Shown here in pieces: positions 52,062-60,988 of a DNA stretch of 64,000 nt. The notes under the pieces are model-generated. The model ran no database searches, was not told where the DNA came from, and worked only from the letters and a program-made list of their open reading frames with translations. Each line of letters starts with the position of its first letter. The first letter of the stretch is position 1. The translations under genes were made by a program, and so were the position numbers. This DNA comes from Candidatus Moraniibacteriota bacterium (GTDB taxonomy: Bacteria; Patescibacteriota; Minisyncoccia; Moranbacterales; GCA-2747515): NCBI GenBank assembly GCA_046116545.1, contig CP175956.1:705734-769733 (forward strand), given 5' to 3'.

Positions 52062-52258
52062 GTAACCACTCACACTTCTAAACAAATGCGTCTTTGCGAG
52101 CAACTGTAACATTATATATGCCAAAGCGAAGCAATCTTAGCTTTATATATAATGTAAACTTTCAGAGGGATGATTATTCTGGACAGATAGCTTACTTCGC
52201 AAGACATGTTGATTATTACTTCTGCTCGCAAAGACATATTTGAGGTGTGAGGGGTTAC
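52062..52258. repeat. Family B element (52090-52235) nested in an outer inverted repeat
   Basis: GTCTTTGCGAGC...GCTCGCAAAGAC inside GTAACCACTCACACTTC / GAGGTGTGAGGGGTTAC. Confidence 0.65.
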
Positions 52259-52342
52259 TTTGATGTATACTTAAAAATCTAACAAAAAAGATTCAAACTG
52301 AAATTAATCCCAGTTTGAATCTTTCAAAAATCATTAAGCCAA

Positions 52343-52948
52343 CTATACTATTGGATTTTGATTTTCTGCTTGAATAGTTTCTTCTGGTTGATGTGGAGTT
52401 TGTGGAGGAGTATTTCCATCATCTTTCTTTTGTCCATCTGGTCCTATATACTCAGCTGATCCAAATGCTAATACTGGAACAATTATAATATTTACTACTG
52501 GAACTAAGAAAAAGAGTATCCACCACCAAGGCTTTCCGAATGATTTAAATAATGCAAGCCACATCATTATAGCAACTACAATGTTTACAAAAGGTATGAA
52601 CATTAACAATAACCACCACCAAGGCTTTCCAGCAATTCCTAAAAGCACAATTGTATTATAAATTGGAATAATTGCTTTCCAACCATCTTCACCTGCCTTT
52701 GTAAATATCTTCCACAATGACGCAATCATAAGTGCCATCAATGCAAACATAAATATAAACCACACTACAAATATTCCCGCTCCCATCGCCATCGCTGCAC
52801 CATCAATATCTCCCATTGGTATAGAATCCATTGAGCCTGTTTCCATATAATAATCAAACTCTGCCATATCATCCATATACAGTTCCGGCGTTACTCCCAT
52901 TGTATCGTCCATATAAAGTTCTGGCACTGCGTCCATTGTATCATCCAT
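52343..52948 (-). CDS. DUF5684-like membrane protein with acidic N-terminal repeats
   Basis: WKIFTKAG..GWKAIIPIYN, GKPWWW x2; MDDTM...PELY tandem. Confidence 0.85.
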   Translation of the reverse strand: MDDTMDAVPELYMDDTMGVTPELYMDDMAEFDYYMETGSMDSIPMGDIDGAAMAMGAGIFVVWFIFMFALMALMIASLWKIFTKAGEDGWKAIIPIYNTIVLLGIAGKPWWWLLLMFIPFVNIVVAIMMWLALFKSFGKPWWWILFFLVPVVNIIIVPVLAFGSAEYIGPDGQKKDDGNTPPQTPHQPEETIQAENQNPIV

Positions 52949-53001
52949 ATATTTATTTATTATATAATTACATTTTCATTATATCATGATATACGTTTTT
53001 A

Positions 53002-53172
53002 TCAATCATTTTTACAATTTTCAACTATACAAATTGGATGTCCTCCTGGATTCTTACCACCTCCCATATCTAAACATATATCATTATACTGAAATTTCTG
53101 CCATTGCATTCCAAGTACAAATGAAAGCCCTATACAAACAAAACCAATGCTTACCAAGAATAATTTATTCAT
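53002..53172 (-). CDS. Small membrane-anchored protein (56 aa)
   Basis: Manual translation MNKLFLVSIGFVCIGLSFVLGMQWQKFQYNDICLDMGGGKNPGGHPICIVENCKND. Confidence 0.55.
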   Translation of the reverse strand: MNKLFLVSIGFVCIGLSFVLGMQWQKFQYNDICLDMGGGKNPGGHPICIVENCKND

Positions 53173-53187
53173 AATATCTTATATTAC

Positions 53188-53334
53188 TTACTTACACTTA
53201 TTTTTTATCATGATTTTACTAAATATCTTTCCTCTACCTAACATCACTCCTTCACCGTCAAACATATCTTTCAATACAAATTGATTATTTTTCATCTCAT
53301 CTTCTCCAACACAAATCACAGATAGAATATTTCC
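53188..53334 (-). pseudogene. Fragment resembling HisRS-type anticodon-binding domain C-terminus
   Basis: VICVGEDEMKNNQFVLKDMFDGE; no start, in frame after HAD stop. Confidence 0.4.
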
Positions 53335-53787
53335 TCATAAACAATCTTGATTTATAATTTCTTTAATATTAGTAATTACTTTATTTGGTTTATCTTCCAC
53401 ACATTTTTCTTTCATATTTCTAAATTTACCATTTCTAAACCAAATTGTATTAACTCCACATATATTTCCATACCGAATTTCCTCATGCAAATAATCACCT
53501 ATGACATAAACTTGTTCTGTTTTTACTCTTTCCTCTTTAATGATTCTTTTAAATAATTGTACATTTTTTTTATCAACAAATAATACTTCTTTGAAATATT
53601 TTTTTATTTTAAATTGCTCCAAAATCAATTCTCGCTTTTCTTCTCCTTCATTCCTAGAAATGAGATAGAGTATATTGTTTTTTTCAGAATATAGTTTTGT
53701 TAATACATCAAAAGCTCCTGATATAAGTTCCTTATTTTCAGGATTATAAATTGTTCTATTAAAATCAAAAATTATAACTTTTTTCAT
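53335..53787 (-). CDS. HAD-superfamily hydrolase
   Basis: IIFDFNRT, YVIGD..HEEI..GN..G..TIW. Confidence 0.85.
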   Translation of the reverse strand: MKKVIIFDFNRTIYNPENKELISGAFDVLTKLYSEKNNILYLISRNEGEEKRELILEQFKIKKYFKEVLFVDKKNVQLFKRIIKEERVKTEQVYVIGDYLHEEIRYGNICGVNTIWFRNGKFRNMKEKCVEDKPNKVITNIKEIINQDCL

Positions 53788-53852
53788 AATACTATTTATA
53801 TTAGCATAGCCACATAGAATTTCTATGTGGCTACCTTATTATTGAGAAGAAT

Positions 53853-55022
53853 TCACTCCAAAATTGCAGGTAATTGTATGCAATCAGGAGCACCATGAAC
53901 AATTCTATCTGGACGACCTGTGATATCCAATCCCAAAATACCATCTTTAGTGATTTGAGCTGTTATCCTAAGATAATATTTTTTCATCTTTATCTTGCCT
54001 AAATTATCAAAGATTTTTAATTCCAAAGATTCTTGTTCAACTTGTTTTTGCAATACCCAAGAAGCTTTTTTTGCCTTGGAACATTGCTCAAGTTGTTTTG
54101 CAAATTTTTCAGCATCTAAGTCAGAAAAAAGAATTCCTTTCATACCTGATGACATAGTAGCCTTTAAGATAGATGCTCCCTCTATATCAACTTCATGTCG
54201 TTTACTCACTAATTGTGTTTTGGGAATGAAGTTTTCCATTCCATCACAATTAGATAAAAAAGGTAAGAAACCTTTTGCACCTAAATATGCTTTTGGTGGA
54301 AAAAAAGTTTCACATTCATCCAATAAATTTGCCCTCACATCTTTTGAACACCTGGTCAAAGAGTCCGGTATAATTACCGCCTTCTTAGGACTTCTGGTTT
54401 CAAGTTCACTCTCTACTACTAACGGCATATCTATTCCATAATTTACTAGAAGTTTTTGCATAACTTCAAATGCAGGAAGATAATAGAACTCCTTTTCAGA
54501 GTAGATATACTCATACCTTTGACCACGAAGCATCTTTGCAAATCCTTTCAGTCCAGAATACTGTTCCAAATCAAGATTTTTTACAGTCTCATCAAGAATC
54601 GCCATAAATGCAAGTCCTCGAGGATTATATGCATCTACCTCTGCAATTTTGAAATCACCTTTAGGTGTCTGCATCAAATCTAACTTCATCACTTTTGGAA
54701 TACCAGCAGAAAAAACACCTGGCTTAGCTAATCCATTGCAAGCTCTACTCGCTAGACTAAATAACTCCTGTTCATATCTGTCCCGTGGTTTATTTTTTGC
54801 AATCTCAATCAGAACTTTGTCCAACGTTTCAATTGCAGCATAAACTGATTTAGCAATTACTAACAACTGCTCCTGTTGTTGCTTTGTAACCAAATAAGCA
54901 CATGGTGACAAAATATAATTATGACGCCTCCTTTTTTCTGGTGTATCCCAGAGTCCACATTCAATCAAAGATTGTTCGATGTCACTTTTTTCCATTTTCA
55001 AATCAACAAATTGCTTGTTCAT
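53853..55022 (-). CDS. ATP-grasp-like ligase (glutathionylspermidine synthase-like)
   Basis: KLDLM...FKIAEVD..NPRG, KATMSSGMKGI, WVLQKQV, YLRIT; GAGGAG RBS before ATG at 55022. Confidence 0.65.
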   Translation of the reverse strand: MNKQFVDLKMEKSDIEQSLIECGLWDTPEKRRRHNYILSPCAYLVTKQQQEQLLVIAKSVYAAIETLDKVLIEIAKNKPRDRYEQELFSLASRACNGLAKPGVFSAGIPKVMKLDLMQTPKGDFKIAEVDAYNPRGLAFMAILDETVKNLDLEQYSGLKGFAKMLRGQRYEYIYSEKEFYYLPAFEVMQKLLVNYGIDMPLVVESELETRSPKKAVIIPDSLTRCSKDVRANLLDECETFFPPKAYLGAKGFLPFLSNCDGMENFIPKTQLVSKRHEVDIEGASILKATMSSGMKGILFSDLDAEKFAKQLEQCSKAKKASWVLQKQVEQESLELKIFDNLGKIKMKKYYLRITAQITKDGILGLDITGRPDRIVHGAPDCIQLPAILE

Positions 55023-55124
55023 TATTTTCTCCTCAATTTTTAAAAAACGTGACACTTCCAAGCCTATCTTAGAAATATCTTGCCAGGCCGTTCGCGACAG
55101 GCCCAGCAAAACATTTCCAAAATA

Positions 55125-55147
55125 CAAAAAAGCCCTTTCAGAAAGGG
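55125..55147 (-). terminator. Attenuator-type terminator in leader
   Basis: CCCTTT-CTG-AAAGGG followed by CTTTTTTG on minus strand. Confidence 0.6.
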
Positions 55148-55205
55148 ATTGAGTATTTTTACAAGTATATTTATTACACACACGAAAACATAAACCAATC
55201 TCTTC

Positions 55206-55259
55206 CTAAAAGAGTTGAGTATGCCGCCAGTTATTCTTTTGTGTAATTTCTTTATTCAT
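55206..55259 (-). CDS. Putative leader peptide MNKEITQKNNWRHTQLF
   Basis: 17-aa ORF just after a TTGACA promoter (55297-55292) and before a terminator. Confidence 0.5.
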   Translation of the reverse strand: MNKEITQKNNWRHTQLF

Positions 55260-55343
55260 ATTAATTATATTTATAACACATATAAAATATTTGTCAAATT
55301 CATAATTTTATTTCAAATCTTAATTACAAACAATAATGAGATT

Positions 55344-55410
55344 TGTCATTTCGTAAAATATATTTTCTCTGTGAGGTATGAACAGATAGAAAATCATTTG
55401 TACGGAATCT
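55344..55410. repeat. Family C variant
   Basis: Arms match 3962-4030. Confidence 0.7.
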
Positions 55411-55504
55411 ATACTTTAATATTACAGCAAAAATTCCGAATGATGAGTTACTTTTATTACTAATTGTAAGTTAGGATTGGGTTAAAAATTAGGATTTTTA
55501 AATT

Positions 55505-56158
55505 TTAATCCCAACTATCACCACTATCTCCTGTAATTAGAATTTTATCTCCCAAGAATTTTGGTTTAGCATTAAAATTCACATTCAAAAAAGCCTTCAC
55601 TCTTGCAACACTTTCTCTAATTTGATTTCTTTCTTTGTCACGGTAATCTCTTTTATCTGCTATAGTTCCACTATTTTTAATATCTAGAGAATTTGCGATG
55701 TACACAGCCCTTGGTAAATGAAATTTCTGCGTAACAATAATCATAGAATCAACTTCAAAAATATCTCTTGCACGATAAACACTGTCATAAGTATCAAACC
55801 CAGCATGATCTGTAAAAATATCCTCTTGTGAAACTTCTTTATTCATCAAGTAATCTTTAATAGCATTAACTTCATCATACTGACTTGTCCCATGATCACC
55901 ACTAATCAAAATCTTATCAACCTTTCCATCTTCATACAATTCAATAGCTGTAAGTGCCCTATCCTCCATAATATGACTCAATCTCCCATCATCATAAACC
56001 CTAGCACCAAGTAAAAGTGCTGTTTGCTGTTTTGGTACATTCTCCAACTTAAAAAATATTTGCCCATTACTAGATTTAATAACATAAAAATTAATTGCAA
56101 AAAAAACTATTACAACAACAATGCTCAACCATAATATAATTTTCACAACTTTATTCAT
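55505..56158 (-). CDS. SanA/ElyC (DUF218) family protein
   Basis: LLLGA, LISGD, DHAGFDTYDS, TQKFHLPRA, RE. Confidence 0.9.
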   Translation of the reverse strand: MNKVVKIILWLSIVVVIVFFAINFYVIKSSNGQIFFKLENVPKQQTALLLGARVYDDGRLSHIMEDRALTAIELYEDGKVDKILISGDHGTSQYDEVNAIKDYLMNKEVSQEDIFTDHAGFDTYDSVYRARDIFEVDSMIIVTQKFHLPRAVYIANSLDIKNSGTIADKRDYRDKERNQIRESVARVKAFLNVNFNAKPKFLGDKILITGDSGDSWD

Positions 56159-56169
56159 AAATACTACAT

Positions 56170-57039
56170 TTAAAACTCATCAACAAAAAAATCCCGATAC
56201 CAAAGTTGCAAATTCTTTTTTGTTTTTTCTAATTCCTCGATTGATTCAAAAATACCAAAAACTGTTGGACCTTTTCCTGATATGGATGTAACTCGTGCGC
56301 CAAATGCCTGCATTGCATTTTTTATTTCTCCTATTACATAACATTGCTCTTGTGCAACAAATGCAAAATCATTATATACATATTGCACGATATCATCCAA
56401 TGTATGATGACTTTCTTTCATACTAAGTGTAATATTTTTTCTGTCATCATCACTCATAAACCATTGTCTTTGGTCTAACTGTCCGTATGCCCATGGCGTA
56501 CCAATTTCTTCTTTTGGATTTACTACAAGTATTGACAATTGAGGGAAATCAAAAAGGCTCTCCACATCTTCTCCAGTTCCACTTACATAAGCAGCGAATG
56601 CATCTTGAAGAAAAAATGGAATGTCCTTACCTACTTCAGATGCTATTTTAACAAGTTCTTCATTACTAAGTTTATCTTCAAAATACTCATTAAGCGCCAA
56701 AAGCACACTTGCGCCATCAGAACTGCCACCACCCAAACCGGCCAACATCGGGATTCTTTTTGTAATTATCATTTTCACACCAACTCGCCTCCCAATTTTA
56801 GCAAAATACTTCTGTGCAATTTTCCAACAAATATTTTGCTCATTTGTTGGCACATCAGGATTATCACACTCAATCGAAATACTCTCACTATCCTCATCAA
56901 ACTCAATAACCACAGTATCATACAAGTTTTGAGATTTCACCATAATAGACCGAATCTCATGAAATCCATCAGGATATTTCTTTACAACCTCCAAACAAAG
57001 ATTAAGTTTCGCCGGCGCCGTCATTTGAATCTTTTTCAT
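56170..57039 (-). CDS. ispE: 4-diphosphocytidyl-2-C-methyl-D-erythritol kinase
   Basis: APAKLNLCL, GFHEI, IPMLAGLGGGSSD, SGKGPTVFG. Confidence 0.93.
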   Translation of the reverse strand: MKKIQMTAPAKLNLCLEVVKKYPDGFHEIRSIMVKSQNLYDTVVIEFDEDSESISIECDNPDVPTNEQNICWKIAQKYFAKIGRRVGVKMIITKRIPMLAGLGGGSSDGASVLLALNEYFEDKLSNEELVKIASEVGKDIPFFLQDAFAAYVSGTGEDVESLFDFPQLSILVVNPKEEIGTPWAYGQLDQRQWFMSDDDRKNITLSMKESHHTLDDIVQYVYNDFAFVAQEQCYVIGEIKNAMQAFGARVTSISGKGPTVFGIFESIEELEKTKKNLQLWYRDFFVDEF

Positions 57040-57089
57040 ATATTTTTATATTAACCTTTATTAAATGAGACTAATGTTCTCAATTGATA

Positions 57090-57953
57090 TTATACCAATA
57101 AAAACACTCCGATAATAACTAATATTGCAGCAATACTTCTTTTTATTGGATCATTTTTTTCTTTCAAAAACAGATACCCCACCAATACATTCAGAGCAAC
57201 AACGACTGAACTAAGCGGTGCCACCACCGAAACCTGTCCTTGACGCAACGCCATTAGATAAAATAATATTGCAAATGCAAAACTTATCCCTGTAATAAAG
57301 TAGTGTTTTTGAGTATCCTTATTGAGATTGTATTCTTTTTTTAAATTATGAATATCTTTACGTTCCACAACAAATACAATAACTGCTGGCAACGCAAATG
57401 TTACTAGCAAATAAAGTGCGAGGTTGAAGTGTTTAGAAATAGCAACATCAATAGACAACGCCGTAGCCATTGCTAATGCCGCCACAATAAGCAAAACTAC
57501 ATACTTATTAAATACAAAAACACCTTTTTTAAATGTAATTATTATACCTCCTAAAATAATCAGAATCGCTCCAATAGCATTTTCCAAACTTACATATTCT
57601 TTAAAAATAAATACTCCATACAACATAAGGAAAACCTTTGAAAGCTGAGTAAGAACTGAGACCTCTGATACATCTAAATGTTTAAATCCTACAGCCTTAA
57701 ATCTATCGTTAACCGTATAAAACAAAATCGCCAAAACAAGCCATGCATAAATTGTCCAATCCATTGGCAATTTCATTTTAAAGAAAGGAATTAACAACAC
57801 AAAGACTGCACTGACTACACTAAAAACAACAATTAACATACTTGCAGTGTCTTCCGATTTTTTCGCAATTAAACGATACGACTGATTAAAAATCACCATA
57901 AATAATATCGCTAAAACCAAATTCACTTGCCAATATTGAAAAATTTCTAACAT
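57090..57953 (-). CDS. DMT/EamA transporter (start uncertain)
   Basis: 10 TM in two repeats; VSVVAPL...FLKE. Confidence 0.88.
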   Translation of the reverse strand: MLEIFQYWQVNLVLAILFMVIFNQSYRLIAKKSEDTASMLIVVFSVVSAVFVLLIPFFKMKLPMDWTIYAWLVLAILFYTVNDRFKAVGFKHLDVSEVSVLTQLSKVFLMLYGVFIFKEYVSLENAIGAILIILGGIIITFKKGVFVFNKYVVLLIVAALAMATALSIDVAISKHFNLALYLLVTFALPAVIVFVVERKDIHNLKKEYNLNKDTQKHYFITGISFAFAILFYLMALRQGQVSVVAPLSSVVVALNVLVGYLFLKEKNDPIKRSIAAILVIIGVFLLV

Positions 57954-57958
57954 AAATA

Positions 57959-58438
57959 TCATTTTTTAATTAAGCTCACAATCACAAAAACCTGTACACC
58001 TTCACCCCTACCAAACGCTGTCATGCCTTCTCCTGTTGTTGCATTTATTCCAATGTTGGTAATATCTGTTTTCAAGATTGGTACAAGATTCTGTTTAATT
58101 TCATCTTCAATCGGTAATATCTTTGGAGTTTTACACTCAACTGATATTCCTACGTTATTTATTTCAAAACCAACTTCTTTCATATGACTAATAGCTACTT
58201 TTAAATATTCTGCACTATCTGTGATTCCATCTTTACACATATCATCAGAATATGTTGAGAAATTTTTTCTTCCAAGTGATTGCTCAATAGCCGCACAAAG
58301 TGCATGCATTATTACATCACCATCTGAATTCCCCTTAAATCCAATAACATCATCAACTTGCACTCCACCAAGCACACATCTTTTATTTTCATCTTCACCA
58401 AACGGATGAGAATCTTGTCCTATTCCTACTCTAAACAT
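57959..58438 (-). CDS. ispF: 2-C-methyl-D-erythritol 2,4-cyclodiphosphate synthase
   Basis: RVGIGQDSH, SDGDVIMHA, ATTGEGM..FGRGEG. Confidence 0.93.
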   Translation of the reverse strand: MFRVGIGQDSHPFGEDENKRCVLGGVQVDDVIGFKGNSDGDVIMHALCAAIEQSLGRKNFSTYSDDMCKDGITDSAEYLKVAISHMKEVGFEINNVGISVECKTPKILPIEDEIKQNLVPILKTDITNIGINATTGEGMTAFGRGEGVQVFVIVSLIKK

Positions 58439-58467
58439 AAATTTAGTATATTAATGATTGCTATATC

Positions 58468-58559
58468 GTCTTTGCGAGGAGCGTTTAGCAACGTGGCAAT
58501 CTCAATAAGCACATCAGATACCTTACAGAGATTGCTTCGTCGTACCTCCTCGCAAAGAC
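58468..58559. repeat. Palindromic repeat family B between ispD and ispF
   Basis: Shares 28 identical nt (GAGATTGCTTCGTCGTACCTCCTCGCAA) with 32488-32515. Confidence 0.8.
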
Positions 58560-58560
58560 A

Positions 58561-59253
58561 CTACAGTTGGCTCAATATCACTTCAGCAAGTGCTAGGTCA
58601 ATTGGTGTAGTTACTTTAAAATTATTATCAGATGCTTCCACAATAACAACAGCTCCTCCAAGCTCCTCAACAAGTGACACATCATCAGTTCCTAAAAAAT
58701 CTTTTTTATCTGCCCTATCAAAAGCATTTAATGCTAGCTCCAATTGTATTGCTTGTGGTGTCTGCATGTTCCAAAGTTCACTTCTATCTATTACACCCTT
58801 CGATACATTATCTTCATTAACTTTTCTTATTGTATCCTTTGTTTTATGTGCCACTACTGCTGCTCCACCATTTCTTGCTGCTTCTGCTACACATTTTATT
58901 TCTTCAGCACTTACAAATGGATTCGCTCCATTATGAAATAACACAACAGTATCAGAATCATCATAATTATTAGCAACACATGTAACTCCATTATGTCCTG
59001 AATTTTGACGTTCCTTTCCTCCTGCGATAATATGTGATACTTTTTCAAATTCAAATTCATCTATAAGTTCCTGCATATCAGTAATTTCATTTTCTTTTGC
59101 CACAATAACAATCTCATCAATGTCCTCAGACCTCTCAAAATTATCTATGGTATAAAAAATAAGCGGTTTCCCGCCCAATTCCAAAAACACTTTATTTTTA
59201 TTGGCTCCCATTCTCTTTCCCATGCCAGATGCAAGGATAATCGCAATATTCAT
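58561..59253 (-). CDS. ispD: 2-C-methyl-D-erythritol 4-phosphate cytidylyltransferase
   Basis: LASGMGKRM..NK, GGKERQNS, QTPQ, TDD, NFKVTTPIDL. Confidence 0.93.
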   Translation of the reverse strand: MNIAIILASGMGKRMGANKNKVFLELGGKPLIFYTIDNFERSEDIDEIVIVAKENEITDMQELIDEFEFEKVSHIIAGGKERQNSGHNGVTCVANNYDDSDTVVLFHNGANPFVSAEEIKCVAEAARNGGAAVVAHKTKDTIRKVNEDNVSKGVIDRSELWNMQTPQAIQLELALNAFDRADKKDFLGTDDVSLVEELGGAVVIVEASDNNFKVTTPIDLALAEVILSQL

Positions 59254-59339
59254 AAATTATAAAAAAATGAGTTATTAACTACCATTATACCACAAAATAA
59301 AAAATGCTTATTTTATAAGCATTTTTCATAAGACATTCC

Positions 59340-59669
59340 TTAAAAAACAATGTCATCCATATCAATATCCGTAGGCACATTTCTTTCCAAGTCTTTTGGT
59401 GGTTGTGGCTGTTCTCCTGCTTGTGGTTGTTGTGACTGCTCTTGTTGGCCTCCACCTTGACCTCCTTGAGGTTGCCAATCATTCACCTGTGCATACCAAC
59501 TTCCCTTTTGTGACTCTTTTATATCTATATTAATCCATTCACCAGATTCTCCTTGCAACCAATTTATCAATTCTTCTCTTTTAATAGATAAACTACCCTT
59601 CACAAAATCAGGTGCATTTTGATGTGGTTTCTTCACCATTAACCCATCTACAAATTTCACTTCACTCAT
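59340..59669 (-). CDS. Phage-like putative ssDNA-binding protein
   Basis: Compact N-domain, Q/G-rich linker, acidic tail DIDMDDIVF. Confidence 0.6.
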   Translation of the reverse strand: MSEVKFVDGLMVKKPHQNAPDFVKGSLSIKREELINWLQGESGEWINIDIKESQKGSWYAQVNDWQPQGGQGGGQQEQSQQPQAGEQPQPPKDLERNVPTDIDMDDIVF

Positions 59670-59726
59670 AAAAATATATTACTCAATTAACTTCTATCCA
59701 TATTACCACAACTCTCTTACAAATTG

Positions 59727-60386
59727 CTAATTAAATTTTTTCCACTCACCTTCAGAAATAACAGTCACTTCCTCATCAATAACTTTGACAGCGGTATTAT
59801 CATCAATTACATAAAAGGCTCCTTGTATATCTTTTGCTCTTTGATCTAAATTATCAACACTGACATTTGGAAAGTGTGGAGAACCTAAATGTGGAATAAT
59901 TGAAAAATCAACAAATTTCATGCCCTCACTTCTTTGACGCTCATCAGAATACTCTCCATACAATTGCTCCGACATATTCAAAGCCAAATCATTACATGTA
60001 ACCATACTTCCCGCACTCACACCAACGTACACCTTCTCCCTCAACATCTCAGGTAACAATTCTTGCAACCCAGACTTTGTCATCCAATACATCAAATGTG
60101 CTGTATTTCCACCCTCTACATATAAAACATCTGCATCCTGCAACCGTGGAAGCCATACATTTTTAGAAATTGCAGAGATATCTACAATATCAATTGATTT
60201 GAATCTGAGATTTTTTAACCTAATTAGATCTTTTATAAACCAATTAGTTTTGTCTCCACCTTCAACATTTGCCGCCGTAGGTATAAATGCAATATTTAAC
60301 TCTGCAAATGGTTTTCCTGTCAATTCCAATAAAGCAGCCACAATAGATTCATTTGACAGTCCTGCTGATGTTAGTAATAATTTCAT
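59727..60386 (-). CDS. Peptidase S51 (dipeptidase E-like)
   Basis: MKLLLTSAG, FIPTA, GGNT, GVSAGS, PH. Confidence 0.9.
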   Translation of the reverse strand: MKLLLTSAGLSNESIVAALLELTGKPFAELNIAFIPTAANVEGGDKTNWFIKDLIRLKNLRFKSIDIVDISAISKNVWLPRLQDADVLYVEGGNTAHLMYWMTKSGLQELLPEMLREKVYVGVSAGSMVTCNDLALNMSEQLYGEYSDERQRSEGMKFVDFSIIPHLGSPHFPNVSVDNLDQRAKDIQGAFYVIDDNTAVKVIDEEVTVISEGEWKKFN

Positions 60387-60504
60387 ACAATATTTTTCAA
60401 AACTTATACTCCCAGTGTAACTTATTTTTATTTCTATGTCATTAATAAATTCCAAAAAAACCGGTAAAACCGGTTTTTTAGTATATAATATTCAACTACT
60501 TTGT

Positions 60505-60840
60505 TTATTTCTTCTCAACAGTTGTATCATTAATTTCTCCAGCTTTTGCATTAGTGGCAACTGACCGTAGTCCACAGCTAGCACCTCTTTTTGCAGCATA
60601 CATTTGACTAGTTCCAATCACCTGACTATTCTTTGCCTTAAGCACAAAATGAGCTTTACCGTTCTTTGCTTCTTTCACCTCAAACATTTCTTTTTCCTGA
60701 CTATTCTTTGCTACTGATGCAATTCCATTTTTGCAAGCAGCCTTTGTTTTATATCCTTCTGAAGCCAAAATTGGCTCTTTATTCTTAGCTAATAATCGAA
60801 ATCGAAACTCACCAGCCTTGTCCTTATATATTTCAAACAT
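60505..60840 (-). CDS. YegP/DUF1508 family protein
   Basis: Duplicated F.F.L.AKN...I..SE.Y module. Confidence 0.9.
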   Translation of the reverse strand: MFEIYKDKAGEFRFRLLAKNKEPILASEGYKTKAACKNGIASVAKNSQEKEMFEVKEAKNGKAHFVLKAKNSQVIGTSQMYAAKRGASCGLRSVATNAKAGEINDTTVEKK

Positions 60841-60988
60841 AATTTTACATTTATTTACATATTATTTTCTCATTGTAACATGCAAGTAAATATTTGCAAT
60901 AATATAGGCTTATATTTTTGTAATTAAAAAACCGAATTCACATTCATGAATTCGGTTTCCAAATTTTGCACTTACTTTAGTGCAAAAT

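Noticed and set aside
53335-53337. Possible UGA=Gly recoding (genetic code 25) suggested by in-frame continuation
   Set aside because: All core genes are intact under code 11 and several genes end at TGA
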